A DNA stretch of 64,000 bases from Chiloscyllium plagiosum (lineage: Eukaryota): the NCBI RefSeq assembly GCF_004010195.1, contig NC_057753.1, forward strand, positions 12,403,138-12,467,137. The letters are read 5' to 3'. Under the pieces are notes generated by a model, which had not been told where the DNA came from, did not search any database, and saw nothing but the letters and a program-made list of their open reading frames with translations. The position numbers were made by a program, and so were the translations under genes. Shown piece after piece: positions 25,877 to 39,595 of this stretch (the stretch's first letter is position 1; the number at the start of each line of letters is the position of its first letter).

Positions 25877-26279
25877 AGTTCTTGTACAGCCTCATACTCT
25901 TTTTGTTTCACTGTGTCTGACTGCACTGTAATAGACCGCGGTGTCTGACAGCTCAACTGTGTTAACAGCCAGAGTGGTGGAGCCTTTCTTACTGTCCACA
26001 GATACTTTAAACCTTCCTTCAATTCTTTCATCCCTGAAAGTTGAGACGAGGTACTCGGGAGCTTGTTTGGCGAGCTGTCTGTACCAGAACACAAAGTCAT
26101 TCGGGGAAATAGTAACGGTGTGTTGGAGTGAAATGTTTTGTCCGACTATTCCCTGATAAATAGATATCAGGACTGCTTCCGACTGGCAAGAAATAGCTGC
26201 AAAACATGATCAGAAGTGAACAAAATCAACTTAACGTTTCTTTAACGAGAACTAAATAAAGTGTCAGTGAAATAAGCAT
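25877..26279 (-). pseudogene. TCR V segment with open V exon (26196-25916) lacking both canonical Cys; leader splice apparently defective
   Basis: Reads ISCQSEAVLISIYQGIVGQNISLQ[H]TVTISPNDFVFWYRQLAKQAPEYLV..ELSDTAVYY[S]AVR. RSS is CACAGTG(25915-25909)-23-ACAAGAACT(25885-25877). Leader MLISLTLYLVLVKE starts at 26279 and has no phase-1 GT donor. Confidence 0.85.
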
Positions 26280-26575
26280 ATCTCTCTGTCGTGGTATATT
26301 AAAGGCAACGCTGTTTTTCTGTCTGTCATTTAACTTTAAATATAACACAACAGAAGAGAGAACATCGATTGATGGCCCTTCCCACACTTGTCTAGAGTAA
26401 TCGTTAATAAGAGTTTGTAGCTTCACCCCAATGGTTATTTCAGTAACAGGAAGCAAGGTTCTGAAATAGCTTTATCATGTGTAATACTCAACACATGTAT
26501 AAAGTTAAACATGGCAGCAGAGACATGGCACCGCCAAGATATTGTGCAATGGGATTCACACATTGTCTCACTGTG

Positions 26576-27003
26576 CTTACATCGCACAGTAATATATTCC
26601 GGCGTCCTCGACCACGATATAATCAATTGAGATGATGTTGAACGTCTTCGCTCGGTCTAAGGACAGCATGTACCGACCTTTAGTCTCATTGCCCTGGTAT
26701 ATGGACCCGATAAATGTCGGAGCCCCTATCAGTGTTTGTCTGTACCAGGCTACCGTTTCTGTTGAACTAACGGCCAGCTGACAGTCCAGTTTAACCTGCT
26801 CCCCTTCCTTTGAGACCACCTGATATACCTGTGAGATCTGATCCTCACACTGGGATGCTGTAATGGAAGAAATGTCAATCAAAAATCAAGAGGTATTATG
26901 GTATTGGTAAAACACGGTATCTGATTAGAAAAACAAACTCACAAAATATCAAGAACATCAGAGCACCAACTGGAAAAAGATCATTGCAGGTCTTTATGTT
27001 CAT
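26576..27003 (-). CDS. TCR V segment, near-intact; leader 27003-26943, V exon 26857-26576; terminal TAA just before the RSS
   Basis: Leader MNIKTCNDLFPVGALMFLIF with GTGAGT donor and an 85-nt intron. V exon SQCEDQISQ..KLDC..AWYRQ..EDAGIYYCAM*. RSS is CACAGTG(26575-26569)-23-ACAATATCT(26545-26537). Confidence 0.88.
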
Positions 27004-28091
27004 TATGATGAAAACAGACAGGAGGCGACACAATGAAGCGTTGGTTTCCAGACCAAAACGGACTCCTCGGACCAAGAATGTCAATGGTAGCTATGTGGGC
27101 GAGAGGGGAGAACTTTCAAATCTCCTGGTCGCGAGATAGTCTGACTGACGACCTGCTGCAGAACAGATTATTGTGTGTCATCGTCACTAGACGTAATTGT
27201 ACGTCAGACTCTGTGATTGGTTTGCTTCAAATAATGTCCCTTTGAAACTACAAGGGAAAATGTTCTCTCTCTCTCTTCTGTGTCTCCATCCCCTTTCTCT
27301 TGGTTTCTCTCCCTCCTTCTCTCACAGTCACTTCCCATTTACTACATCGCAACTGATTCAATTCTACATAAAGAAGCAATTTCCGTCACACTTCCACATG
27401 AAGTAGTCATTGCAGTTTTGAAATTATTGAATCTGACATAATTTCTTGCTTTTTCCCTCACGTGCTGACAGAGCATCACTGAACACCTTCGCTGCTTCAC
27501 TTTTAATTGTGGGTCTCTGAATATTCCTGTTTCTTACTTCTCTAGTCAATATTTGGTTTACTTTCCTTCTGGTCTTTGATTATTATTCTTTCACTGGATT
27601 TAAGGAAGGGGAAAGAACATTTATTGATGCAGTTTGAGCTCCGAATCGAAGTGTAAACACCACAACGTAATTTTCGCCATCTGCTGGTGTCGTTGGTCAA
27701 ATCTCTCTCGCTCTTTGTTCTCTCCAAGTATCGCATATATTGCCAAACATTTTACAGCAGATATGATGCATATTTCAGTAGGACATTCACCTAACAGAGA
27801 AACAGAGATCGAGCAAAAAGATGGCGACAAAGATGCGCTGAGAAATTCAAACAACTAATCAGAGGATGTTAAAGTTTTCAGCTTTTGTTGATTGAGGCTT
27901 TTGTTCTTACAGAGAAACGAATTCTGTCGAAGGGAGATGCTCGTGGTAAACCAGGCATGACAGGGCTGCATATATTATTTACTGATAGAAATGATGTTGT
28001 TAATTGTTAAATCTGCTTTAAGTAGCTGGCGTGTCTTCTAGGGATTATTTTTACAGTGTGACTGCGGAGGTACTTTGCATGCACCTCTCAG

Positions 28092-28403
28092 GAACGAGTG
28101 GTAACGACTCAATGTTGCAGTCTGAATTAACGTCCAGGAGGGAGAGAACATAAAACTGGACAGTGCTTACCGACGTTTACGTTGTCAAATTATATGCTGA
28201 TGCATTCAGCATCACCTGGGAACTCTGAGATATTTCCTGAAGATACGTAGTGTGCAGGATGAATTACAAGACTTTTTCCACAAAGAAAATAAACCTGTCC
28301 CTTTATGCATGTCTGGGAATTTTCCTTACGAAAGTGTTGTTTATTTATCTGTTTTGAAACCCTTACTCTGCTACAGAGTTACAGCTTATTCTGTATAAAA
28401 GCG
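28092..28403 (+). pseudogene. Decayed TCR V pseudogene, probable paralog of 33379-33811
   Basis: After an AG acceptor: GTSGNDSMLQSEL/VQEGENIKLDSAY..*CIQHHLGTLRYFLKI..ESVVYLSVLKP. RSS relic TACTCTG..ATAAAAGCG. Confidence 0.65.
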
Positions 28404-29344
28404 CACCCTCTGAATTCCAATTAGTGTCTACTAAAGGGATCCCTCACGCTGGTAAGCTGCTCAATTATTTAACCTCTTCAGTGAGTATCAGGGAATTGTC
28501 TGAAAAATCATAGTAAAGAACAAGCCACAACAAGAATAGGCGAGGATCATTTGCAAATGTATACTCCCTTACGTAATTTATTACTTACTATTCAAAGATT
28601 TTCATAAATTTATTGGATCACTTTCAATGACATTTAATTTTTTGTTCATTTTCTTTGCCTCCCTATTATATTATGCAGCATCGCTCATCTCCCCCGACAG
28701 TTTTGCGGCCAATTTGACACCATCATTTTCATAGGGTTTAGTTGATCAGAGATTGTTGCTGCATAAGAAGCAGTTTATATGCAACGAGAAGATTTTGTCA
28801 AGGAGTGACGTTGTTGTCGAAAACAAAATCCAAATGCAAATTATCTTGAGTGATCATTGATCTTCAGTAATCTTCTCACATTACTGGATCGTTCTATTTC
28901 ATAGTTAACAATCTAATCATGATTAACAAATAAGGATTTCCATACCAATAATCTTCACCCGGTTCTCTGGTATCAGGACACCTAATTATCATGTTGCCAT
29001 TCAAGCGCAGTCAGCTCGCCACTGAAAGCTTTCACAGATCCGGAGAGGCATACTTGTTGAAAGGAGAACATCCAGAGGCATGACACCAAATTATTCACTG
29101 TGGAATCGAGAGCCTCTTCCCAAAAATCCAATTCTGTATTGGGTCATTCTGTCTGAATGAACTTGCAGGCCATTTTCACACTTGCTCTGGGAAACAGCCG
29201 TGTGATTGTTTGAAATTGTGTTAGCTTGGATATGGCATTGAGTGTCCTTGACCAACTGAGAGGGCATCACATATTATCGCGACATCTGTCCACGATTCTA
29301 CAATGCACACCTATAACAGGAGCTCTCCCCACCTTGACCAGATT

Positions 29345-29580
29345 TTATCGACTGATAGGGCTCTTTTTGTTGTTTCAGAAATTTGTAACAGACAACAGTT
29401 GCCGTTGAGAAATAGATAAACTGATTATTCCAGTCAAGGTTTGGAGCTTTATCTGTTTTGCCTTCGTCACTGTTGTGTTCACGTATACTGACTCTGGCTG
29501 TTGCCAACATTAGCATAAAATATAGCCAATCATTATAGTTACAGTTTTGAGACAACGCTTCTCCTTCAAAATCAACATCT
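29345..29580 (-). pseudogene. Highly decayed V-like relic
   Basis: After an AG acceptor: DVDFEGEALSQNCNY.., then WQQPES and GKTDKAP fragments. No recognisable YYC or RSS. Confidence 0.3.
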
Positions 29581-30559
29581 GAGGAGAACAATAAATTACG
29601 ATTTATACGAATTTGGAAATTATGTATTTTAAACTATTATCTATCAAGAATGCATCGCACTTAAAACAAATGCTGAGTTACAAAACTATCATTGCCTGCT
29701 ATGTAAATGAGGAGGGTGGTATATGAAGAATTCCCTTCGAAACTTCACAATGAATAATGTGCTGTTATTTCTTTGGATGCTTTCCACTAATTATCGTGTG
29801 TCTTTCGTTCTCCTGTAAGACCAATGAGTGGGAATTTGTTTATTAGGGAATACCAATACCACTAAATGGGCACCTTTCATAATGAATACTTCCATGTCAG
29901 ATCTCCATCCTCTTTGGTTTGCTAGTCCAAAAAAATTTCATTAATTTGAGAAATGTCAAAAAGTTCGGTAATTTCACATACGGATGTGACTGGCACATTA
30001 CTACTCTTCACATAAAACTTCCAGAGGCAAGGCATCTACAGGACAATGCTAACAAATTGCTCATCTCAGCCACAACACAGTCTGACTGTTTCACTCCTGG
30101 AGACATTCGTCGTCTCTTGGCTGACGATAGTCATCAGAGCTATTTATTCCACTGACCAATTGACAAGGCAAATTATTCAATTCCAATTCAGTGGGAGAAT
30201 TTCTCCCATCTTTTAAATTAAATGGGGCATTCTGCAAATTATCATTCTGTCTCATTCCAGAGCGGTGGAGGAACTGTAATAAAAATAAAATAATGAAAGT
30301 GCTGTAAATCAGAAATAAGAACATCAAAATGTTTTGGATATTCAGTCGGTCTGATGGCATCCACGGAGAGAGAAACATATTTAACGTTTTGAGTCCAAAA
30401 TTTTTTTTGAGAACTGTTCACTTCAAACTCTGCTTTGCTGTTGCATCGGATTGGTAGCAGATTGCTGCATAATATCATTTTAATCACTAGATGGAGTGTC
30501 ATTGATACTTTTTCATTCATGCAGCCTCTGAGATGAAGTTCATCAACTATTGTACGCAA

Positions 30560-30830
30560 TTGTGCATGCACAGATACACACGAAAGGACACACTTCTTTG
30601 GCAAATAGTTATAAACACTCACAAAAATTGCAACACACTGAAGCGCGCACACACACACATATACAGAAAAATGCACATAGATTCACAGACATTATATAAA
30701 CGTAGAGATGTCCACACAGATAAAGCCATTGGCAGAACAACACACAGTCATACGTATGGAAACACGTAGAGCTTGACAAACATTAGAAAGACACGCAGAG
30801 ACACGCAATTGCACAGACCCAGACGCAACG
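30560..30830 (+). repeat. Degenerate (CA)-rich simple repeat (a similar tract lies at 42370-42620)
   Basis: Low-complexity cacac/acacag tract. Confidence 0.7.
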
Positions 30831-33378
30831 TCTATGCAGTTTACTTGTTATGTTTATGTTCGAAACTTCACTGTCAAACAAATATACATATTTCAGATTT
30901 TAATGTGCATCAATTCTTTAAATTAACACAATTTTCCTTCGTTGTTCCGATTATAGAACGTTCATCTCCTGGAAACAATTAAGCATCTTCTGTTACATAA
31001 CATACTTATCATTTGAAATATCTCAATTCCTTTAGCCTCCTTGTTGCAGTAAAAATCAACTCAGGAAAAAGTGAGGACTGCCGTTGTTGGGACATTAGAA
31101 TCGAGAATGTGGTGCTGCAAAAGCACAACAGGTCAGGCATCATCCGAGAAGCAGGAGAATCGACGTTTCAGGTATAAGCTCTTCATCAGGAGCTCTAAAA
31201 ACAAACTCAGCGTCTTTGTTCAGTTCCTACTACAAGCTAATACGTAGTATAGGTCCATTTTACGAACTCCAATGCCTTGTTATTCTTTCGAAAATGCAGT
31301 TACCTGAATTTTGAAAAGTGATGCAGTAAGGCTCAAAAATAATTACCATTAACACCAACAACATAAGTTTGAGTCAGATAAGTTCCAATCAAGGTTTTGG
31401 GGAAGGTACAATATTCTTGTTTTTGCTTGTAAAGGATTAAATCCCAACTCGATTAATGTCACCATTCTGAAGCAGATTGAATAGAACCCTCCAGTAGATC
31501 ACGCTCAACCAAAACAGGTGAATCATGAGTGAGACTGATATCCATTTTAAATAGTTGCTCTGAAACATGCTGGCGAACAACTCTTCAAAGTACGCTTTCT
31601 GTACTCCAACAAGATGTCTGACTACCTGAACACTGTTGTTTTTGTCGATCACTGCTCCAAGTACCTGCAGACACAAGTAACATCAGCTCTGTGAGCATCG
31701 CTTGACTGGAATCATTCCCTCATAGAAGATATAAAGGCCGTCCATGTAATGTCATCAGCGAAGCTAAAAGCAATCAGTCCTCCTCCTGTGTTAACATTTG
31801 AAGACATCTTTAGTTGAGGCAGAGAACAGATTTCAAACAGATATGAAAGAGAATTAACATAAGACCATTGTTTGCAATTCAGACGAAGATCACCATTTGG
31901 AAACGAGATGAAATCATTTATTTTTCCGAATCAGCTGTAAGGAATTGCACTGTGCACATCCCCTTCCAACCCCTCATCATCTTTTCGCGCTAAGTAATGG
32001 AAATATTCGAGGACTGCAGTGACTGTTGTTCAGTAAGAGATATGAGGTTGGAAGAAACACATTTTAAATCTATCCTGAAGAACGTTCTGTCGTACTACAG
32101 GATGCTGAAGGCTCACATTATTGTGTACAAGGTAATGGTTTGAAGCTTGTCTGTCAGGGACTAGCTCTCAATGAACAAGACCAACCCCAATCGCCATTAA
32201 TGCCTGCATAATGCTTATATTATCGAGATGGGCTTGTAGCAATTGTGCGGTCAATTTAGAGGTGAATATTATTTCATGATTATCATCAGAAAGCACTGAA
32301 CAGACATCGGAGAAAGCAATCAGAATTGCGGGGAGTCTGCTCTCGAGAGTGAAAATTTCAAATTTCTAACTTGTGAAATGTGCTCATTTTATGTAAATAT
32401 TCCTGAAGCAGATAATATGATCAAATAATCTCTGGATAGCAACTGCTTTCAACGGGATTGATAAACAGATAGTAGACAAGGCGAAAGAGATGCAAATAAA
32501 GTATACAGGTAAATAAATTTGAAAGAAGTCTAAATATAGATGAATCTTTTTCTGGACCAGACCATACCCCCGCAAATCATTTCAAAAATGCAGCCCAGAT
32601 CCTAACTTTTCTCGTTGTTTTCAGCAGCTGTAAGTGAATAATTCAGGTGTGAAGCAACTGGTCCAACCACTCATTTTTAAACAACATAGAATTTATTTGC
32701 AGACTACAGAATGAAACGCAAACAAAAGAGAACAGAATTGAGAGTATCTTAAACTATCTGAAAACCCAATGGACACTATTGTAACTTAATGATGCTATTT
32801 CAAATACTTGGAACATCCCCATAAATTTCCTCTTGGCAAAAAGAAAGTAAAATAAAACGGAAGTTCGTACAGAAGAGATGTCAAGACAAAGAGAAAAGAT
32901 CAGCATGAAGCTGTTTAGTTGACCAGCAGCCTCAAATTGATTGCTTGCTCAAACCAAACCAAACCAAACCAAAACCTGAAGTGGGAGAACTGGCCTACCG
33001 ACTTTTATTGCGCAAGTTTTTTTGTTGAAACAAAGTTTAAATGCCTTTTCAATGCGATGCTTTCAGAACAGTTCGAATCTCTGCCTTTACAACACGTCCA
33101 GCAAGAAATAAAAATAGGTCAACATAACCTCATCAACGAACAACATCTTCAGTGTACAACATCACAATTTATAAACTTCATTTTTGGGCGATTGCAAGCT
33201 AAATTTAAAAAGAAGTGTTGTGCTTTGTTTTCATATTTCGTGAATGATCCTGTGTCTAATGTTCTTGAGGCTGGATTATCGTTTTGGTTTATCGTTGTGA
33301 GAGCACCCTCAGCTGGACATAAATTGGAACTCTCAGGGTGGGTTTTTGTTCAGGGACGACGATATCTGCAGCAGTGTG

Positions 33379-33811
33379 GGCTCCATGGCACAGAAATACA
33401 CGACGCTATCGGTGAGAAGAACTGGAGAGACTTGTAAAGAAAACGTCTTGCTTTGCCTGTTCAAAACAGCAGAGAATCTGTCTTGAAAATCTTTAGACAT
33501 TTCTACCTTCCCCGTGCTGTATATTTTCACGAAATATCTCGGTTCATCCCCAGGATACTGAATGTACCAGAAGGCAGCTTTGAAAGAAGATGTCGAGTAG
33601 CTGCAGTTCAATGTTATATTCTCTTGCTCCAGGACCATTAATTCGTGTGGATCTTGGAAAACCTCATCTTCGCCATTAGTCCCTGCAAAAAAGGAAAATA
33701 TATCAAATGTCTCGGAGGGAACATCACTCGTGTTGGAGATACTGAACACTTAAACATAGACTTACCACGCAGCACCACCAATATTATTAGTAAGGTGTAC
33801 GGGAGGAACAT
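33379..33811 (-). CDS. TCR V segment (alpha-type), intact; leader 33811-33766, V exon 33682-33379
   Basis: Leader MFLPYTLLIILVVLR with GTAAGT donor and an 83-nt intron. V exon GTNGEDEVFQDP..ITLNCSY..AFWYIQYPG..TDSVVYFCAME. RSS is CACACTG(33378-33372)-22-ACAAAAACC(33349-33341). Confidence 0.93.
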
Positions 33812-35189
33812 TTTGCTTCCTCCACATTTGCACAGTAGTAACGGAGTCTATGAAATAAGATGAGAACTCCAATCCGATGTGGAACAATGAAGTCAGATCA
33901 GGCGCACACTTCGTCCTAGGATTAAAAAAAAGGTGTGTTTCGTACGAAACAGGATTGCTTGATCGCTCAGAGCTGACGAAAGTAGAACACCAATCACTGT
34001 TGTTCAGAGAGAATTACGTTTTCCGGTTGTTTTCCTGTCTCCATATTCTGCCTTGGTCTGCATCTATGGATTTGTAGCCACCCAGAACCTGTCTGACTCT
34101 CCCAATCGTCAGAGCTCTCGACATCACAATTGTATACTGTGTCTGAACACAAATGCCCTTTTGTCGTGTCTCTCTAAGTAAAATGTGTAGGAAATCCAAT
34201 TCAGTCAATTGTCCCATTTCAGCAGTAACAGGAGTAACTGCTCTATGAATTGCATAAGTTACAATGGACAAAATGCAATTCTCTCTCTGATGCAAAATGA
34301 AAATGAAAACCTTTGCACCAAAATTCCTAGTATGCAGAAAGAGTGTGAATCAGGTTCTTATCTGTATTTTCTTTTCAGTCAATGAAGATCGGATTCTCAT
34401 CGCTTCTTCGGTGATTTAACGTGCTTTAAACCAACATAAATTGACAAGCGTGTCTCAAAGTTTAAATTAAAAGAATGGGAAAAAGGCTTCAATTTGAACT
34501 CGATATAAATTCCGCTTTTATGCATATGTGGAGTGAAGTATTTCATGACAGGAATAATAACAAGAATAATGAGGCACAATTATGGAACAAAATATTGTGG
34601 CAACTTGTGAATTTAGAGATTTTGCAGGCAAGACTATTGCACCAATATTTTGAGAAAAGGAAGCTCCAAACTCGTCTTTGCCGTAAGTCCAGCTTCGTTC
34701 ACATCAATGTTGTGTACCAGGTCACAAACTCTCTCGTTCTGGAATAACAATGTGATTCCATGATCTAAATAGTGCTCATGCAACGTGGTAACTTGAATTT
34801 AGTTAATCAAATAAACATCTGGAATTCGTGCTAGTACTTGAAGGGAGTACTGGTTTGGATTAAAATCCATTTGTTTCAAAAATCGTGTTGGAAGCAAAAT
34901 CTGTCGTTCTCTCGAATTTTTTGTGGACTTCAACTCATCAGGTACAAGTTTAACTGTAATTTTCCCTCTAAAGTCGCCATTTAATATATGCAGCAACGAA
35001 GAGCTGTAACGGAAACAGAACACATCAGTTCAAAGTTGTTTGACACTTCCAGAAATCTCCATATTTCGAAAGATTATGCAAATTATTCCTTTGCATGATG
35101 GGAATGTTTACGTTGACTATTTAACTTTCAATAATTAATCTCTTACTATACAGTAACAACACTGATTAAAAATGAAACACTTTGTAGTT

Positions 35190-38100
35190 GACAGAAGACG
35201 CCTCATCATCCGGCTTTGAACACTTCAACCCCAGAGCATCAATGTGGACTTTACCAGTTTCCTCATTTCCCCTCTCCCCACCTTACCCGAGTTCCAACCT
35301 GCCAGCTCAGCATCATCCTCATGACCTGTCCTACCTGATAATCGTCCTTCCCACCTATCTGCTACACCCTCCTCTGCGACCTATCACCTTCATCCTCACC
35401 TCCATCCACGTATTGGACTCTTAGGTACCTTCTCCTCAACCCCAACCCCCTCACATCTATCTCTCCACACTGAAGGCTTCCAGCCTCATTCCTGATGAAG
35501 AGCTTTTGCCCAAAACGGCGATTTTCCTGGTCCTCGGATGCTGCCTGACCGGCTGTGCTTTTCCAGCACCAATCTAATCTTGACTCTGATCTCCAGCATC
35601 TGCAGTCCTCACTTTCGCCTGGTTGATTTTAATCTTACTGCGAATCCTCTTGCAAGGATGCCGTCCTTGAAGAAGTTCTCCTCTCTCTTCAAAGATCTCA
35701 ATGAGTCTCTCTGTTACTTCAATCCCCAGGTCATTTCCTCTGCCCTGAAGCTCTTCAACCATGTCCTGAAACAGACTCGCTACCACAGCCACATCTGCCT
35801 CCTCATTGCTTGCCTCCAGAACCAACTGATCCCACATGGAAACCGGACTATATTCAAACCAGCACAGATTAGATCCGAACAGGACAACCAGTGCAGACTG
35901 AAACTATCAACAGGATATTTCTCCTTCAGGATTCTCCGCTCCACACTCGCAACCATGTGTCACCACCTAACCTCTCTACAGTCAGCTGTGCCTCAACTGA
36001 GGGCCACTCAGTCAGAACTGCAAAGGACCCCTTCTGGACGATATCCTAAGAAGATGGCATACTCTCAACAACCTCTTTTCTACAACATCTCAAATATCAA
36101 AAAAACTGTAAGTACAACAAACCTTTATATACCCACCTGCATAAACAGCATTCCACAAACATTCGAGCAGCTTCACTCGGCCTCTTGACATGGTTGCCCG
36201 CCATTAGCCACGAGGCAGGCACAGCCACCCCACCCACGGCGATCGATGACGTCACTTCCGCCCCAAACGCGGCCGATTCTATAGACACTTCCGCTCCCAA
36301 ACATTCCAAATACACCACGCGTGACATCACTTCCGCCCCTCACGTCTTCGCTGACATCACACGTTCCGCGGCTTCCGCCCCCAACTCCCGTCGTTGCTCA
36401 CACTTGTGCCCTTACCAACGCCATTCACTTGCATACTACCGACACGCTCCCTACGGACCCTATTGTCACCATGCCCGCACCCCAGAAACATGAGGGAAAG
36501 ATCACCTCTGCTATAGATCCCACCCCCATCTCCCCACCACCTCTCCCACTCCAATTACAGTCTCTGATCCCACTCCCTGCTCCACACCTATACCAGGTCC
36601 TAGCTCCGAGCCCTGCCGACTTTTCACTATCCATCCAGACCTCCCCCTCACTGAGGATGAACGATCAGTACAGAACAAAGGCCTTACCTTCATCCCCCTC
36701 TGTCCATGCATCAATGAATTCAATACTCGTTGGGACGTCAAACACTTTTTCCACCGCCTCCGCCTCCGTGCTTACGTTTTCAATCTGGATGCCTGCCCAC
36801 TTTCCAACTACCCCTTCATTCACCTCCAACACAGTCCATCCACTGGACACATCATACTGGCCTATTACCTACCCTCGATCTCTTCATTTCAAACTGCCAG
36901 GGAAACATTTACCGTCTCAACCTGTCTACCCCCTCCCTCACTCGAACCTCACGCCCTCACAACGCACAGTCCTCGACTCCGTCTGCTCCAATCCCAACCT
37001 CACCATCAAACCAGCTGATAATGTGTGGTTTGGTGCACTGACAACTACACAGCTGAATCCAGGCCCCAACTCAAAGACACCTCCTCCTACTGCTCCCTCG
37101 ATCAAGACCTCACCTCCCATCTTCAAACCATCATCTCCCAGATCATACACAACCTCATCACCTCAGGAGGTCCCCCACCCACAGCTTCCAAACTCATATT
37201 TCAGGAACCTCGCAGTGAGCGATCCTAATTCCTTCCCAAGATCCACAAGCCTGACCATCCCAGCCGACCCATCGTCTCAGCCTACTCCTTCCCCACCGAA
37301 CTCATCTCCACCTACCTCGACACTGTCCTATCCCCCTAGTCCAGGAACTTCCCACATATGTTCGAGACACCATCCTCCACTCGCCATGACTAGCAATCCA
37401 AGCCCTTCGTTTCTTCCTTTCCCAACGTTCCCACCTCTTCCCTTCCACTGACACTCTCATTCGTTTGGCTGAATTGGCCCTCCCCCTTAACAATTTCTCA
37501 ATCGAATACTCCCACTTCCTCTAGATGAAAGAGGTAGCCATGGACACCCGCCTGGACTCCAGCTATGCTTGTCTCTTTGTTGGTTATGTAGAAAAGTCCA
37601 TCATCAGTAATTACCATGGCACCACTCCCCACCTCTTCCTCCGCTACGTTGATGTCTGCATCAGTGCCACCTCGTGCTCCCGCGAGAAGGTTCAGCAGTT
37701 CATAAATTTCACCATCACATTCCACCCCGACCGTAAATTCACCTGGACCATCTCTGACACCTCCCTCACCTCCATCCAAGGCCCCAAAGGAGCCTTCCAC
37801 TTCCATCAATGTTTCACATGTACATCCACCAATGTCATTTCTTGTGACCATTGCTCCTGGTGTGGTCTCCTTTACATTGGAGAGACTGGATGCCTTCTTG
37901 CAGAGCACTGAAGGTAACATCTCCAGAACACTCGCACCAATCAGCCTCACTGCCCCATGGCCGAACGTTTCAACTCCCTTCCACGACTCCACCGAGGACA
38001 TGCAGATACTGGGCCTCTTCCACCGCCACTCCATCACTGCTTGACGCCTGGAGGAAGAACGCCTCATCTTCCACCTCGGAACACTTCGACCCCAGGGCGT

Positions 38101-38460
38101 CATTGTGGACTTCACCAGTTTCCTCATTTCCCCTCCCCCCAACTTACCCAGTTCCAACCTGCCAGCTCTTCACCATCCTTATGACCTGCCCGACCTGCCA
38201 AACTTCCTTCACACTTATCTGCTCCACCCTCCTCTCCGACATATCACCTTCATCCACACTCCATCCAACTATTGTATTCTTAGGTGCCTTCTCCTCAGCC
38301 CCAACCCGTCCCATTTATCTCTCCACTCCGGAGGCTCCCAGCCTCTTTCATAAAGAAGGGCTTATGCCCGAAATGTTGATTTGCTGCATGACATGCAGTG
38401 CTTTTCAGCACCACTCTAATCTTGACTTTGATCTCCAGCATCTGCAGTCCTCATTTCACC
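35190..38460 (+). mobile_element. Long Penelope-like element with direct terminal repeats (pLTR), decayed
   Basis: RT motifs EVAMDTRLDSSYACLFVGYVE..FLRYVD and GIY-YIG NVISCDHCSWCGLLYIGETG. 35190-35620 is repeated directly at 38055-38460. Confidence 0.85.
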
Positions 38461-38748
38461 GAGAAGATGCATATCTCGGGTTTTCTCTGTACAGGAGGCA
38501 ATGCCCTACTGCTGCACCACGTGATACAATTTCGCACAAAGAGAAAGGCAGCAGTGAAACAGAAGAGCTCATTGGGTTTTTTGCAAAACAATGGATTTCC
38601 AACCTGATCGGATGTTGCCTTCTGTCTCTGGCATAAGAAACCAATCAGCAGAGAGACCAGTATCAATATGCCATCTCATCTCATGACGAATAATCATTTC
38701 AGAAAGAACTAATTTGTGTTCAAATTTCCCATCATTTCTCTCGAAGCA

Positions 38749-39595
38749 TATTAGGAGTTTATTTTTACTTTACTGTTTCTGCTACAGCTGTCTTAGATGG
38801 TAAATTGAAAATTTGTTCATAACTTCATTTCACAAATGTCGCACTTATGACAATTAATCAGAGCACAGAAATGTCCAGACATTGATCTGAAAAGAAAAGA
38901 GTTGGAACCTTCCTCAATTTGTTTCTAAAATAAATTGCATACGTCAGCTGAAAGTTTTTGCTGAATCGTTCATGATCAGGCCCATCACAGTGAACTAAAT
39001 GTTACATATGATAAACACCAGATGTATATTAATTTTGCTTTACAACACAGGTGGAGTAAAGGACATCAAAGATGGCACCAAAAGTGCATTAAAGCACATG
39101 AAATTATTCATTGCAGAACATCTCCTTCATATGTCTCTATATGTGCTTGTACATTATTTCTCAAGTAAGTGTCGCGTTTGTTAGATTGTTTCGGGGGAGA
39201 AATCACAGTGATATATAATTCTTTAACTTCATATGTCTCTTTTCTTTAACAGGGCATTGTCGAGCTGACTCAGTTTAACAGACACCGGCGGAAACCTCAG
39301 TAAATGAAGGACATGATGTTCAATTATTCTGTAATTGCACAGTTACAAGCAGCAATTGCCTTTATTGTTCTGGGATCTTCAATATTCAAGTGGATCCATT
39401 GAGTGTTTGGTACATGAGAATAGCTTTAGTGACAATGCAGAAAATCTCCACAGAATCGTTTTTCAGTGACAGTCAATAATCTAATAGGACTGTGATCCTA
39501 CAGCTCATTAAACCACAGCTGACAGACTCCGCCATGTATTATTGCACACTGAGATCAACAGAGACTCAGAATTGGAGTGAACCTGTACAAGAACT
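38749..39595 (+). pseudogene. TCR V pseudogene, paralog of 16569-17318 (V exon 39253-39556)
   Basis: Reads GHCRADSV*QTPAETSVNEGHDVQLFCNC /frameshift/ ..LTDSAMYYCTLR. RSS is AACAGAG(39557-39563)-23-ACAAGAACT. The leader relic near 38750-38800 has no ATG. Confidence 0.88.

Noticed and set aside
24700-30160. Weak V-like words at about 24950 (TDSSVKY) and about 30050 (LLISATTQSD)
   Set aside because: Single short motifs without supporting framework residues or RSS.
36321-37451. 376-aa Pro/Ser/Thr-rich ORF, the longest in the track
   Set aside because: Off-frame reading of the C-rich Penelope-like element, not a host gene.
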